Under the pieces are notes generated by a model, which was not told the origin of the DNA, did no database searches, and worked only from the letters and a program-made list of their open reading frames with translations. A stretch of 64,000 nucleotides of DNA from Orbicella franksi (lineage: Eukaryota): contig OZ116712.1 of the NCBI GenBank assembly GCA_964199315.1, forward strand, positions 18,042,001 to 18,106,000. The letters run 5' to 3'. Position numbers and translations under genes: made by a program. Position 1 is the stretch's first letter. Each line of letters starts with the position of its first letter. Below, one piece after another: positions 35,494 to 47,392 of this stretch.

Positions 35494-38400
35494 TATCCCC
35501 AGCTTGGTGGATAGATTAATTTTTTTAGTTGTATTCTGAACTGAAGATCAAAGTGCATTATTGATCGGAGAACAAAAAGCATTCTAGGTGGGTCCCAAAG
35601 GGAAGGGAAAAAGTGATGCTGGGGGGAGGGTCTGAGGAATCCTTAAAGCAATGAGCTCCAAAGAAAGGTTTGAATCTGGCTTGATGTTAACCCAAATCCG
35701 CAGCTCTATGTTCAAATGATAGATGAGAGTGAAAAAATGTCGCACTTGGACTTACATTTGTGATATATACCAAATTGGTAGTAGAGTATGTCTTCATTTA
35801 TGACTAGATGTTTTGATATTTTCAAAGGCTTGAGGTGATTGAAACCCTTTTTGGTCTTTGGTTACTTCAACTTCGTAAAAAGTGCATAAATATGGTTATA
35901 AATATGGACAACTTCTTTTCCAGAAGTTAAAAAGGAAAAAAAAACTTGTTCAGAGTATAAGTTAGAGTATAACAGCCATAAAATAATTTTGTAAGCCAGT
36001 ATATAATATATTTATTGGTTTTTGAAATAGTATTATCATAAAAGCCCTTGCTGTCCTTCCCAAGATAGTAATTAGCGACAATTGTAATATTCAGTTCAAT
36101 AGGAAAACAGATATTTTGAGGTAACCTGTCAACTGTTTAAAGCATTAGAGGTAGCATCTCAACTGCTTTGTATATATAAGGGGTTTCCTTAGGGGCCAGG
36201 TACCTGGCAAATTGACCAACTGTGAGGACAATTTTGCCCACCTGATTTGACCATCCAGCAGAAAGTTTTTCTTGTAAAGAAGTTCTTTTTGAATAGTTTT
36301 GCCTGCCGTTGAAAACTAATTGCCACCCTGCTGAAAACAGTAATGAAACCCCTGATATAAAATCTTGTATTTAGACTGCAAGCAGCTGGTTTTGTTCCTG
36401 AAATCCTCCGCACAATTGAAAAATTTAAAATTATGCAAATTAGGGAAAGGAATGAGAAGGGAATGCAGCAAGACCATGTCTCTTGTCTTGATGAGCATTA
36501 GATTTGTCTTTTACAGGATAATGGACCTTTTCATGGATGTCACGCAACAATGTTTTCATATTGTTCAAGTAAATAAAAAAATCTCCTCCATAGTTCAATT
36601 TATCATGCTGAATTTAGTAAATCTACGAAGTTTCAGAAGAATCTGTTGCAAGCTTGTAAAAAAATACATGTATGGGACCCCAAACTTACAAAGAAGTGTA
36701 GGCCAGAGGGCAAGTGTTGCCCCCTGGTATACATTTCTTTGATAAATGGAGTGGTGCAATTTATTTTTGTTTGGATGAAAAATTCAGAAAAGCCTGACAT
36801 TGGTGAAGAGGTCCATTGTTGTTGATGTCATTGTTTACATTTTGCCTCATTAGTATATGACTTTGCATAGACAAGGCATCGTGCTAGATGCAAGTTGACT
36901 CCAAACAGCAGTGAAATTTGGTGCGTTGTGAATGTTTTAGTCCTTTGGGTGTAATATTAATGAAGGTGATATTGGCGCTTTCAGAAAATGTGAAATATCT
37001 GGGTGGCAAAAGCACTAATGAGCTCTTACACTCTTTGTTAAATTTTGAATTTATAAACCCGTACCACATGAAATATATACTGGTAATACATCGGGTTCAA
37101 ATTCCTTGGGACAGTTTTATAATGGTATGCTCTTTCAATGTTCAGAAGTGATATTCCTCTTAAAACTTGATCAGAAAGTGAATTACTTAATATGCTCATG
37201 AGGCAAATATTGTAAACAAAGATTAGTAACAGATTCCCTTGTAGCTAGCTGATTTGTAAATTATTTGATATAAATGACTTCTCAAAAGGTCTTAAAAGAG
37301 TGGAGAAACCTCCTCAGTAGTAGCTTATTAGAACTTTTATAATTGATATATGCAACTTTTTTAAACTTGCAAAAGTACAGGGTTAGAACTAATATAGAGG
37401 TATATATTTAAAAGAGCACTTAACAAATAGAATATTATTTATTTCAGGGTACACAAAATAGATATTGTTGATTTGAAGTATATTGATAGTATTTAGTTTT
37501 GGTCATTTAAAAGTTCATGTTCATGTGTTGGAGAGTAACATTACAATTCTGCTTAATTTTGGGGATACATGTACCAGTACAACTTGGCATACTGGTTGCC
37601 TTGCTGTATTTTTAGGGAAAACGTCTTACTGAACTGTCAGGTCTATTTTCCTTTTTAATTTGAGCTGATTATTTCATTGCCATATTTGTGGTTGAAACCT
37701 TAGTGTGTGACCATCCAAATGAAAGCTGTTGAGCAGTACTTTCATGTGGTACTGTTTTTTTATGCTGTACAAGGTGGTTCAATCTTTTAAGTCTGGATGA
37801 AACCCTAGTGTGTGACAATTCAAATGTAAGCTCTTTTTTTGTGAGCTCTGTACCTTGCCACTGTTCTTGTCAAGGTTCTTTGTTCCTCTGCACATGATTA
37901 AGTCTGAAAGAAAGCAAACTCCTTGATAGATTATTAACAGTAATTTACAGTCTTGTTTTGTTTTTGTTTCTAAGGCAGTCATGTTCAACTTTCATAATAT
38001 GAGATTGAATACTTACAGTTTAGCTCAGCTAAGAGCATTTATTTTGTTGCACCTTAACAACTGTGTTCCTGTTACTTTTTATCATTTACATAAGATAATT
38101 TAGCATTTGTATATGAACTAGTGTCTTTAAAAGTTGTTAATGTTTTGAGAAACAAGACTTATTTTAAAGTAAAAAAAAATTATGCTTATAAATTTCTTAA
38201 GCTCTTTGATAGAGCAAATATGGGTTATCTACATGTCAGTTACATTTAAGGCAAAATAATTATGTACACCTTCTCAGAGGATTTTTTCCATCTTTGTATC
38301 AATCTTTATTAACAGGTACAATGTCTGTATCTCACTTGTGCATAAGACATTTTTTGTGGACTGTAATGCAAGATTTTGCTGTCTTCACGATAATGTTTGC

Positions 38401-39796
38401 AAGACTTTCTCACTTAATACATTCATGCAACCCATGGTGAATTAAATAGAAAATAATACATGGGTGCACCTAGATATGGAATTTCTCTTCCATTGTTCAA
38501 CTCAGTATCTCACAAGTGAGTGCAGCGAACAAGTAAGATACAAAGTTGAACACATCAAAGGGAAATTTCATATCTGCAAGCAGCCATGTGTTATTTTGTT
38601 TATTTTATGAACGTACTTATAACAATGTCAAAAGTTGTGCAAATGCCACACAATCATTTCAAAAAAAATTTCCGAAGATTACTGACAAATTTAAATACAG
38701 TAAAAAAATGATATCAAACATTACATCATCGATATCATGACAGTGAAGTTGTCATAATTTTACATATGTTCAATTACGGCTCTCCTCAGAGCTGGAAGTC
38801 CTTGTAAAACACTGCAGTTTATGTAATAAAATATTACGTCTCCAATTTCTCTCTCTGCATTTCATATTTAGCAGTTTGACTTCGAGCTTCAGGCCTCAGT
38901 GTAAAAACCTGAAAAGCCACCAATCCAGAAGAAGTTTAGTAGTAAGAGAACAGAAAATTTGAAACAATATTGAGTTGGAAAACAACAGTTCAAAATAAAG
39001 GAATGTGTCACAGGGTTTTGGACTGTGGTACAGTAAAGCGAGGGCTTGAGCCTATTTACAAGTGCGATTAGCACTGTCGGTAATGTTTTGGTGAAGGTAT
39101 TTTATTTTCACAGTGTTAAACTCTAATCACCGAGGAACATAATCGGTACTGGCTAATTGGTGGGCAAACCTGACATTGAAAATGAAAAATTAATGAAAAT
39201 GCTATAGGATAAAACTGCAATGGCCTTGCATATTTCCATTCCGGGAGAGTACATTCTCCTGGACTGGAGTTAAGAACTGACCCAATTAACATCAGGGTAT
39301 TGGAATAGACTTTCCTTGTCCCACACAAGTGTTTCTGTGCTTGACTTTTTTTATAGACCTTTTTACATACAGTTGTCTGCTCACTGTGACCTGGCCTTTG
39401 GATGGCAGTGATGCTGGAGAGCAACCTTGTTTTGATACAGACCTTAGTTCGCATTAATTCTACATGAGAAAAGCAGAAAGGTTTGTATCAAAAGCAAGGT
39501 CACCTCCAGCCTTGCCTGCATTCACAGGCCAAATAATTGTGCTCACAACAGTAAAATGGCCTTTTTTGATCCTGACAGACCAAATGCCAAAGTGTAGCGT
39601 GTTCAAACAGATGCAAATGTTCCTCGAAGAAAGTGGAATCTTTCGCCGTCAACTTGCTAAGGAGGTGGTGTAACATTGAAACTGGCTAATTAAACTGTAA
39701 ACAGGCCAACCTTATAAGCCTCTCGTTCTAACCAGAAAGTTATTATTAGGTTTGTAGTCTGCAATTGCCATGCAACCCCAGGAAAGAGGAGGATGG

Positions 39797-40053
39797 AGGG
39801 GGTGGGGGGGGGTGCTCATCGTACCTTTTAGGGGTTAAAAAAGTAGTTTTGGTACCTCTTAGGATATTGAGCCAAAAACATATGACAGGAGAAATGACAG
39901 GAGATAGTGTGTTGTTCTTGAATTGGTACCTCCAAGGGGTGAAAAAAGTTTCAAGCCACGCCCACATAGCAGGAACTTGGTACCTCTTAGCGGCTCTTTT
40001 CAAAATTTCTGACGAGCATCCCCGTACTTTCTATATGGTAGTTCCCCCCGGGG
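39797..40053. mobile_element. MITE with poly-G/poly-C ends
   Basis: ggggtgctcatcgtacc on the left, gacgagcatcccc...gttccccccgggg on the right; a related element lies at about 42545-42910. Confidence 0.5.
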
Positions 40054-40390
40054 GTTTTATAAGATCAACCGTTTGGGGGGTTGAGGGGGTTGGGGTAGGC
40101 GGGCTTCGGGTGGCAGTTGGTCTTCATGACAAATTGGGTAAAATGTAAATGTTTATTCCAAAATCATGATCATCAAACTGATCGATAGCTCCTGTTGATA
40201 GCTTGTAAACAGGCTCCGGCTGGAAGGGTCTGACCGCAGCTAGAAGGGCCGACAAAGAACCGGCTGAGAGTGAAGTGGCCGAGAGGGCCGATGGGGTTCG
40301 GGGTGGCGGACTCTCTCCCGGCGCTGGCCCCATCCTCGACAAGAGAGCCTTTTCACAGCCGAATTGACCTTAAGAGGTGCTGCTTACCAT

Positions 40391-40632
40391 TAAAATCAAC
40401 GATGATGGACACGAACAGATGGAAAAGAACTTTCCGTCGACTGTTCGTACAAACCGATATGAAAGGACTACCGCGTACGTTCCTATTTGTTTTCCAACCG
40501 GAACCGGAAGTTAGCAAGACGCGACTGCACTAATCTAATTCCCAGATTCTCGCAGTATTCAATATGGCGGCAATTTAGCAGAGGTTTTCGCACAAGTCAG
40601 AGTAGTACGTTTTAATCGGTATTTGTGGCAGG
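40391..40632. promoter_or_regulatory. Probable bidirectional housekeeping-type promoter
   Basis: CpG-rich; ETS-type CCGGAAGT at 40504-40511 and YY1-type AATATGGCGG at 40561-40570; a plus-strand first exon to the right and a minus-strand donor (ATG|GTAAGC, 40388) to the left. Confidence 0.5.
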
Positions 40633-42361
40633 ATGGCTCCGATGTATTTATCTGGGATGCGAATGGTCGCGATTGGATGGTAAGAAAGTGATATATTTCT
40701 TTAAACTGCTCGTCTAAGCTAGAGATCGTATACTACTTTGTTTGCTTTAGCCAGAGCATACCTTGCGAGTAGTTGGTTTTTACTACTCGCAGGGTAGTCA
40801 GAGCACGAACCGGAGTCTAGCAATCGTGAAAATCTAGAGATTTTCCTACACGAATTGGGTGATCATGTCTGTTGGAGCCGAGAGAATCATCAAAAATCAC
40901 TAAAACTACGACAAATCAAAGGAAATAAACTGCTAAATGGTGATCATTTGTTGTAATTAGATATATAAGAATGTAGCGAACTATTATTAGAGGAAAAATT
41001 TGATGGAACGTAACTTAAATCCCTCGGAAAATCTGAGGCATTGCCTGAAAATAGTATACCTTCAAATAACCAGTTGAGAGAGTTTCTATTTTAATATTCG
41101 GCCTCAAGGGGTTACGTAACAATCATCGAGGTTTGTATCTTTTTATCAGGTGCATTTAGGTCTAAAACAGGAGTGAGGGGAGAGGGGAAGGGGTGAAGCC
41201 AAATAACGCTGGTCAGCCTGAGGGTGTTGACCTGTTTATGGTCAGCTCTCAATAATTGAAATCAAATAGCAAGACTCCCCACCCCCTACCTCGTACCCCT
41301 TACCCCTCACCCTCTACTCCACACCCCCTCACCCCTACTCCTCACCCTCCTCATCCCCTCACCCCCTCACCCCCTCACCCCTCACCCCCTCAACCCCTCA
41401 CTCCATCATCCCAATTCCTCACCCCAGGGTCTGAAATTAACTTTTTTCGGCAGGCACCAACTGGCGACTGAATTTTTTTTTTTCAGTCACCAAATGTAAA
41501 AATTTGGTCGCCAAAAAGTGTCAATAAAATTTTTACTTTGCAGCGAAACACAAGCCAAAATTTTTCGTTGCCATGGGCTTGCCGGCAAAACATTTGCAAT
41601 TGATGTAATCAGGAATCAAACCAGTGCTGAAATCATCTTTTGACCACTTTGACAGATCTACATTTCCACCTTTTGACGCCCAGAGAATATCTAAATCTTC
41701 ATCTAATTTCTTCGTGATGTTCTGTCTCCATCTTGTAATAAATTACGGAAAGATTTCAGAACATCTTTGGACACCACATCGCCTGGATAAATATTCATTG
41801 CGTCGGCAATATGTATGTCATGGGAAACCGCTGAAAAAACATAGCAACGAAGCTTTGCACTGATCGTCGCTGTGAGACGTTGTGGTAGATTTATAATAAC
41901 AGGAAAATCGGTTTTATACTTCAAAAGCAGCAGAAAGGTAAAAAGGAAGTGACCAATTAGCAGGCGGCTTTGAATTTTATTTTAATCGATTTGGCTGAAA
42001 ATCAAAGTTATTGTTAGTGTAATTATCGTGGCATGAAATAGTTAATTGCTCGCTGGCGACCAGTTGTGAAATTCTGGTCGCCAGTGCAAAATTTTTAGTC
42101 GCATTGGCGACCAGGAAAGCGCAGTTTTGGACCCTGCACCCCCCCTACCCCTCCTCTCACCCCTTATCTCTCTTGCCTGTTTGAGAGACTTGCTGTTTTC
42201 ATCTGACTTTCATTTCTTCTTTTAATTCAAGGGTTGTGATTGCTACAACTGGAATATCGTCCTTTATTGTCGCTAAGAGATACATTGATAGAAAGAGACT
42301 TGAACTGATCAAAGCAAAGCAGAAGGAAAGAATGCTAGAGGCACAGAAGGATGCCAAGTAA
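40633..42361 (+). CDS. 58-aa single-pass membrane microprotein, DUF4748-like
   Basis: Exon 1 40633-40679 (TG|GTAAGA) and exon 2 42232-42361 (ttcaag|G), phase 2. Protein: MAPMYLSGMRMVAIGWVVIATTGISSFIVAKRYIDRKRLELIKAKQKERMLEAQKDAK. The GW-hydrophobic helix-AK+xID pattern recalls DUF4748. Confidence 0.75.
41277..41424. repeat. C-rich (CCCCTCA)n-like minisatellite
   Basis: Repeated ccctcacc units; the tract resumes at 42137-42170. Confidence 0.8.
41425..42136. mobile_element. hAT-like non-autonomous element (CAGGG termini) interrupting the C-rich tract
   Basis: cagggtctgaaatt / gcagttttggaccctg with subterminal ggcgac/gtcgcc repeats; no clean 8-bp TSD. Confidence 0.6.
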
Positions 42362-43236
42362 CGCTCTGGAAAGGTTTCTGTCAAAGAAGAGCAACAGAAC
42401 TATTGTGCAAGGCTGCAGATCAATCAATTTTGAAGTGAGCAATCTACCTAAAGTATAAAAGTCAAGTTCATGCATTTTTCAGCTTTTGAAACAAGAGACA
42501 ATCCACAGCGGGATATGTTAGTTGCAGAAGGAAGATTCCTTTGGTGGGGGGGAGGGGGCGGGGAGGACTTCCACATGGAAAGGTCAGGGGATTCTCATTA
42601 GAAAATTTGAACCAAACCCTTCAAGGAAACCAATCTGGGTGTTGCACGAGCTTTATTTGATCCCTAAAAGATATCACTTAAGATGGATCAGGCTTGATTA
42701 ACAGTCGCTGTTCAGCAAAGGAGCCTGCAGTAGTAGATACTGGTGGAAATAAAGTCTGATAATAGAAATAAGATCATTTTTTTATTATTTTGTGGTTAGC
42801 AATAGTGGCATTATGTCATGAACACCTTACATGAGATCAAAATCCTTGATTTATACCCCAAAGTGAGACGGCAAGCAGCCCTGACCTTTTCAAATGGGAA
42901 TTCCCCCGGGAAGGAAAATGCACATTGTGTTGTACTAGAAAATATCCATATGCTGCCCACAGAAGACACTTTGGTTTAAACCTTGCGAGCCTTCGATTGC
43001 CAGTCTGCAATCTTTGAAAAATAGCGAATAAAAAGTGCGATTGTTGAAATATATACGTAAAAAGTGTGAAGTACAAAAATTACAGTAAGAACGAAGAAAT
43101 ACTTGCGAGGAAATAAAATGCTAATATGGGGTACATAAAAGAATAAAATATTGTCTAGGTAATGGTTTTGAGTTATTGTTCGATTGAATTGTAATTGCGG
43201 TATGGCCAGGATTCTAAAGTCTTACTCACACGAAAG

Positions 43237-43720
43237 TAGAGGAGTTCACGCTCTAAGGAACATTATGGGTAATCAGGGCAAGATTGCAAAGAAACAAAGC
43301 GGCAAAATATACGTTTTTCTTCATATTTCTGTTTTGAGTTTCATTTTCGAAAACAAAATTTTACTGTAAATAGAGAAACCCCTTTTCTACATTTACTAGT
43401 GTTTTTTGAGTCGATTGAGCTGGGTATTAGCCTACTTGTCAGAGTAACGGGAACGTTATTTTTGTGGCTTGAGCGGTTAAGACTTGATCAAATCATTTGG
43501 TTTTAACCATGAAAAAAATTCCTACACCCACAACAATCACTCGATCAGCTCAAAACAGCTAGCAAACATAGAAAAGGGGTTTCTCTGTATACAGTATATG
43601 TTTTGTCTCCAAATGTGAAATCAGAATGGAAATATAAAGAAAAACATTTGTTTTACGGCTTTGCTTCTTTGTAAATTTGCCCTGATTACCCATAATGCCC
43701 CGAGGGCGTGAACTCCTCTA
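43237..43720. mobile_element. Foldback MITE with ~190-bp inverted arms
   Basis: tagaggagttcacgc...attatgggtaatcagggcaa...agagaaaccccttttcta is mirrored by tagaaaaggggtttctct...ttgccctgattacccataat...gcgtgaactcctcta. Confidence 0.75.
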
Positions 43721-44481
43721 TTTCTCTTGTCAATAACATGGGCGTTATTTGAGTCAATAGAGTGGCCGTTCAACCCAATTAGGAATTATATTATATTTTA
43801 ACCAGAGAAGGTTTTTAAATTTTAATTCAATATTATCATAAATTCAAAGGGCTGATGCCATATTTTTGCTTACAGCTGTTTTGAGTAAAACTTAATTTAG
43901 TGTAATCACATTAAAATGGCGTTTGATATTTTCTGTCACACAATGCAGAACCATACTACACCATACATGATAGAACTACAATGTACTAATACTTCGTGAA
44001 ATTTGCGGCATAATTGGAAGAATGACTTTCTTAAACCTTTTTGGGAATGGTCTTTTCAATTAGTGAAATCTTATTTTAAATCTGCTAAATTCTCTTTCCC
44101 ACTTAGAAAATAGTACTTCAATTTACCTTAAAGTTGAATAGCAACTCTTCAAATCGAGTCTTAAAACATAGTCTTATACTTTGCAAGATGTCACTTTGGT
44201 ACTTTCTCACTTTGCGAAATGGTACTTTAAATTACGTCGCGAAATGTTAATACGTACTTTGTGAAGTGGTACTTCACGTTACTTTGCGAAATGTCACTTT
44301 ACACTCTTTGAAATATTGCTTATTGAAGCCAGTACTTCATTAAAAGTTTGGATATGTTCATTTTTCATGACACCCGTTAATTTCCCACGTTACGACCCGG
44401 CTTGTAAGGCATATTTCTCAGAAAAAAAGGTTTGGTTTCGTCTCAAAAAGGTACCGCAAGGCAAACTTCGGAAAACTCGCC

Positions 44482-45447
44482 ATGAACGTAACTGAATCTA
44501 AGGAGGGATCCTTGATTAAAATGTGTCCCATGAACGAGATGGTTTGGAAGCAGGGGTACCAAGTGGAAAAGATTGCCTTGGCCATGACAGCAATAATCCT
44601 GAACATCCTAAGCTTTCCTGTGACGATCCTGATGAATGTGCTGGTGATAATGGCGGTAAAGACAAGACCCAGATTGCAAAGCAACTATAACATTTTGCTG
44701 GCCTGTTTGGCGGGAACAGACCTGTTAGTCGGAGCGGTTTCACAGCCGACTTTCATTGCGGGACAGATTTATGTCATAAAAGGTTTATCTCTAATTGAAT
44801 ACTGTCGATACCATAAGGAAAGCCATCTGATATTTGGAATTCCTATTTATGCATCTCTGTTTCATTTGACACTTATTAGTATGGAACGGTTTGTAGCCAT
44901 GAAGTGTACTTTTCGTTATGAGACAATTGTTACAGAGCTGCGTTTAAAAATAATCGTTGGTAGTTCCTGGGTCATCGCATGTTGCCCAGGTATTCTGCGA
45001 AGCCTTTCTGAAGAGTTTGAAATCATTATCAGGGTGCCAGGTTTCCTGTTCGCTTGTTTCAACCTTTCGTTGATACTTTACTGTCATTTTTCAGTTTATT
45101 TTGTAACCCGTCGTCACGAGAAACAAATCAAATGCGAGCAAGTTTTACCACAAGCCGCTGCTGACTTTGCAAAGGAGAAGAAAGCTCTGAAAACTACCAG
45201 GATTATTTTAATGGCTTTGGCTGTGTGTTTTTCCCCCTTGATTGTGCATAATTTAGTTTTGCACGCCTATTTTAAGAGTAGAGCTTACATTGGAAACGTA
45301 ATAGTTTTGTCCCAGCCCGTTTTCGTATCGGTTTTCTTGCTCAATTCTCTTTGCAATCCGATCATTTACTGCTATAGAAATAACACGTTTCGCAAAACGT
45401 GCAAAGAGTTGCTTAAAATGAAGTACACAAACTTTAACGAGGAATAA
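44482..45447 (+). CDS. Orphan class A (rhodopsin-like) GPCR, copy A (subtype alpha), intact, 321 aa
   Basis: Intronless ORF with 7 hydrophobic segments; MN (TM1), LAGTD (TM2), ERF (TM3), W (TM4), CFSP (TM6), NSLCNPIIY (TM7), helix 8 FRKTCKELL. Confidence 0.92.
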   Translation: MNVTESKEGSLIKMCPMNEMVWKQGYQVEKIALAMTAIILNILSFPVTILMNVLVIMAVKTRPRLQSNYNILLACLAGTDLLVGAVSQPTFIAGQIYVIKGLSLIEYCRYHKESHLIFGIPIYASLFHLTLISMERFVAMKCTFRYETIVTELRLKIIVGSSWVIACCPGILRSLSEEFEIIIRVPGFLFACFNLSLILYCHFSVYFVTRRHEKQIKCEQVLPQAAADFAKEKKALKTTRIILMALAVCFSPLIVHNLVLHAYFKSRAYIGNVIVLSQPVFVSVFLLNSLCNPIIYCYRNNTFRKTCKELLKMKYTNFNEE

Positions 45448-46747
45448 CAACTTATTAAAAACCACCATGGCCTGTGATATTGATGATGTTACAAAATTTT
45501 GTAAAGTTTCATGTGTCATTGAAATAAACTATACCTTAGAAATTGATTTAGAGTGTTGTCAATTTCATTGAAGCAGAGAAATAAGTTGAAAAACATGGCG
45601 AAATTTGTTTCGTTTCGTTTCGTTTCGACGCAAATTTTAATTGCAAATCCTGCTCCATGAAAGACGGCTCTCAGGTGAAATCAGGAGGATAAAAGAAGAT
45701 GGTGTCCATGTCTATGATTTCGACAAGGAAATAAATTAACACAACTTTAATTTGACGGTTTCCGAAAGTTTTGTCTCATAGTATCTGTTATCATAATATT
45801 CGTTCTTATAAAAAAAAAAAGTTACTTTAATTTATCTGAACTTAAGTACAGCATTTTACGGCAAAATATTTTTTTTCTTTCATTGGAAATTGAATTCCTT
45901 TTCGGATTTACACTCAAAGAAGAAAGTCAGGCCCCGATCGACAGATGGTATTTTCAGTGAAGAAGCGCGAACCAATAATAATTAGTAACATTTCCTTCAC
46001 TGTTCTAATTGTGTTTTAAAATGTGCTACTGAGGAAATGCTACTTCAAGATACTTTACAAAATTTTGATTCGCAGTTTACAAAATTATGCAGTCACTCTA
46101 ACAAATGGCACTTAAGAAAGTTCGTGAAGATTAATTCTTATAAAAAATTTACTTTAAATTATCTCAACCAACAGTGTTGCATTTTACGGCAAAATTTATT
46201 TTCTTTCATTGGAAATTGGATTCCTTTTGGATTTCATTTATCCTGAGCCACTCAGCCAGAAAATCAGTCCACGACAGCTGCAAATTTCAATGAAGAAGCG
46301 CAAGACAAAAACTATATTTTAACGTAAGTTTTGCTCGGAAGACGAATAATAATTAGTAACATTTGTTTCAGTGTTTTGTTTGTGTTTCAATGTTTTTCAC
46401 TTAGAAAATGCTACTTCAACATACTTGACCAAATTTTAATTTGTAGTTTCGAAGTGGTTATTATTCGTTTAACAGATGGTACTTATTAAAGTTTGCGAAA
46501 TACCACTTTGTAATTTGACAAATATAGCTTGGTACTTTACGAAATCGTCCATAGATGTTCTTTTCGAGATGGTACTTCTCGTTACTTTGCGAAATGTTAC
46601 TTTATACTCAATGAAATACTACTTGATGAGGTGGCTGGTAATTTGGGAAAATATCTGTGCTGTTCACTGTTTTCGCTGTAATTAATTTCCCGGGCGGTGT
46701 CGATGTAAGGTATATTTCGTAAAGAACCTTTCGTTTCGTGTCTAAAA

Positions 46748-47340
46748 GAGGGTCCCCTATACTTTTTCCGTGACGCGTGAATAAGCATTTTTTGCTTTGC
46801 GTGAAGCGTGAATGAGGATTTACTTTTTCCGTGATTCGCGAATCTATATTTTTCCGTCCTCGGGAAATTGGTTTTCGATGTTTTCATGATCCGTGAATTA
46901 TGCATTTACTTACGCGTGATTTGTGAACCAACGACTTTTGCGGGGATAATTTTTCACTTCTTTTGAAGATTTTAGCGTCATTAAAGCTCGTAAACTGCAC
47001 AAAACTAGATGTAAAACCGCCCATTCGACGCGCTTGCGGCTGGAGGACTGAGAACTAACCACAGCGACAGTTAACCAGGAGGCCCTAGAAACTAGTCTGT
47101 CACGATGTGTCAGACACGGCATTTCGATGCATTAAAATGGAGGGTTCTGTATGTTTTGCTAACGTGGACAGAATTTGTATTTTTATGTGGCACATGATTT
47201 AGCCTTTGCATTTTTATGGGAAACGTGATTACCTGCTTTTTTCTGTGAACGTGAAGCTGTTTTTCCAATTTTACGTGATGCGCGAAAAGGCCAATTACAT
47301 ATGCGTGAAATTGTTTTCAGAAGAGGTATAGGGGACCCTC
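46748..47340. mobile_element. 593-bp MITE with 15-bp TIRs and a 6-bp TSD (CTAAAA)
   Basis: GAGGGTCCCCTATAC / GTATAGGGGACCCTC perfect TIRs; ctaaaa at 46742-46747 and 47341-47346; many subterminal CGTGA repeats; absent from the paralogous sites before copies E and F. Confidence 0.9.
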
Positions 47341-47392
47341 CTAAAAGGGACGTACCGCAAACGATCGCAAAGCCAACTTCGAAAAATTCACT

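Noticed and set aside
36517-36930. Two possible plus-strand exons downstream of SOCS (about 36517-36568 and 36871-36920)
   Set aside because: Splice-like signals are present, but there is no start, coherent frame or homology; probably 3'UTR or intergenic sequence.
38838-40200. Possible intronic snoRNAs in the candidate non-coding transcript
   Set aside because: The only TGATGA (40170-40175, minus) has no downstream CTGA at a suitable distance, and no convincing H/ACA two-hairpin layout was found.
40124-40342. 72-aa Pro/Ser-rich minus-strand ORF
   Set aside because: TTG start, GC-rich promoter-proximal sequence, no recognisable motif; lies just past a strong splice donor, so probably intronic.
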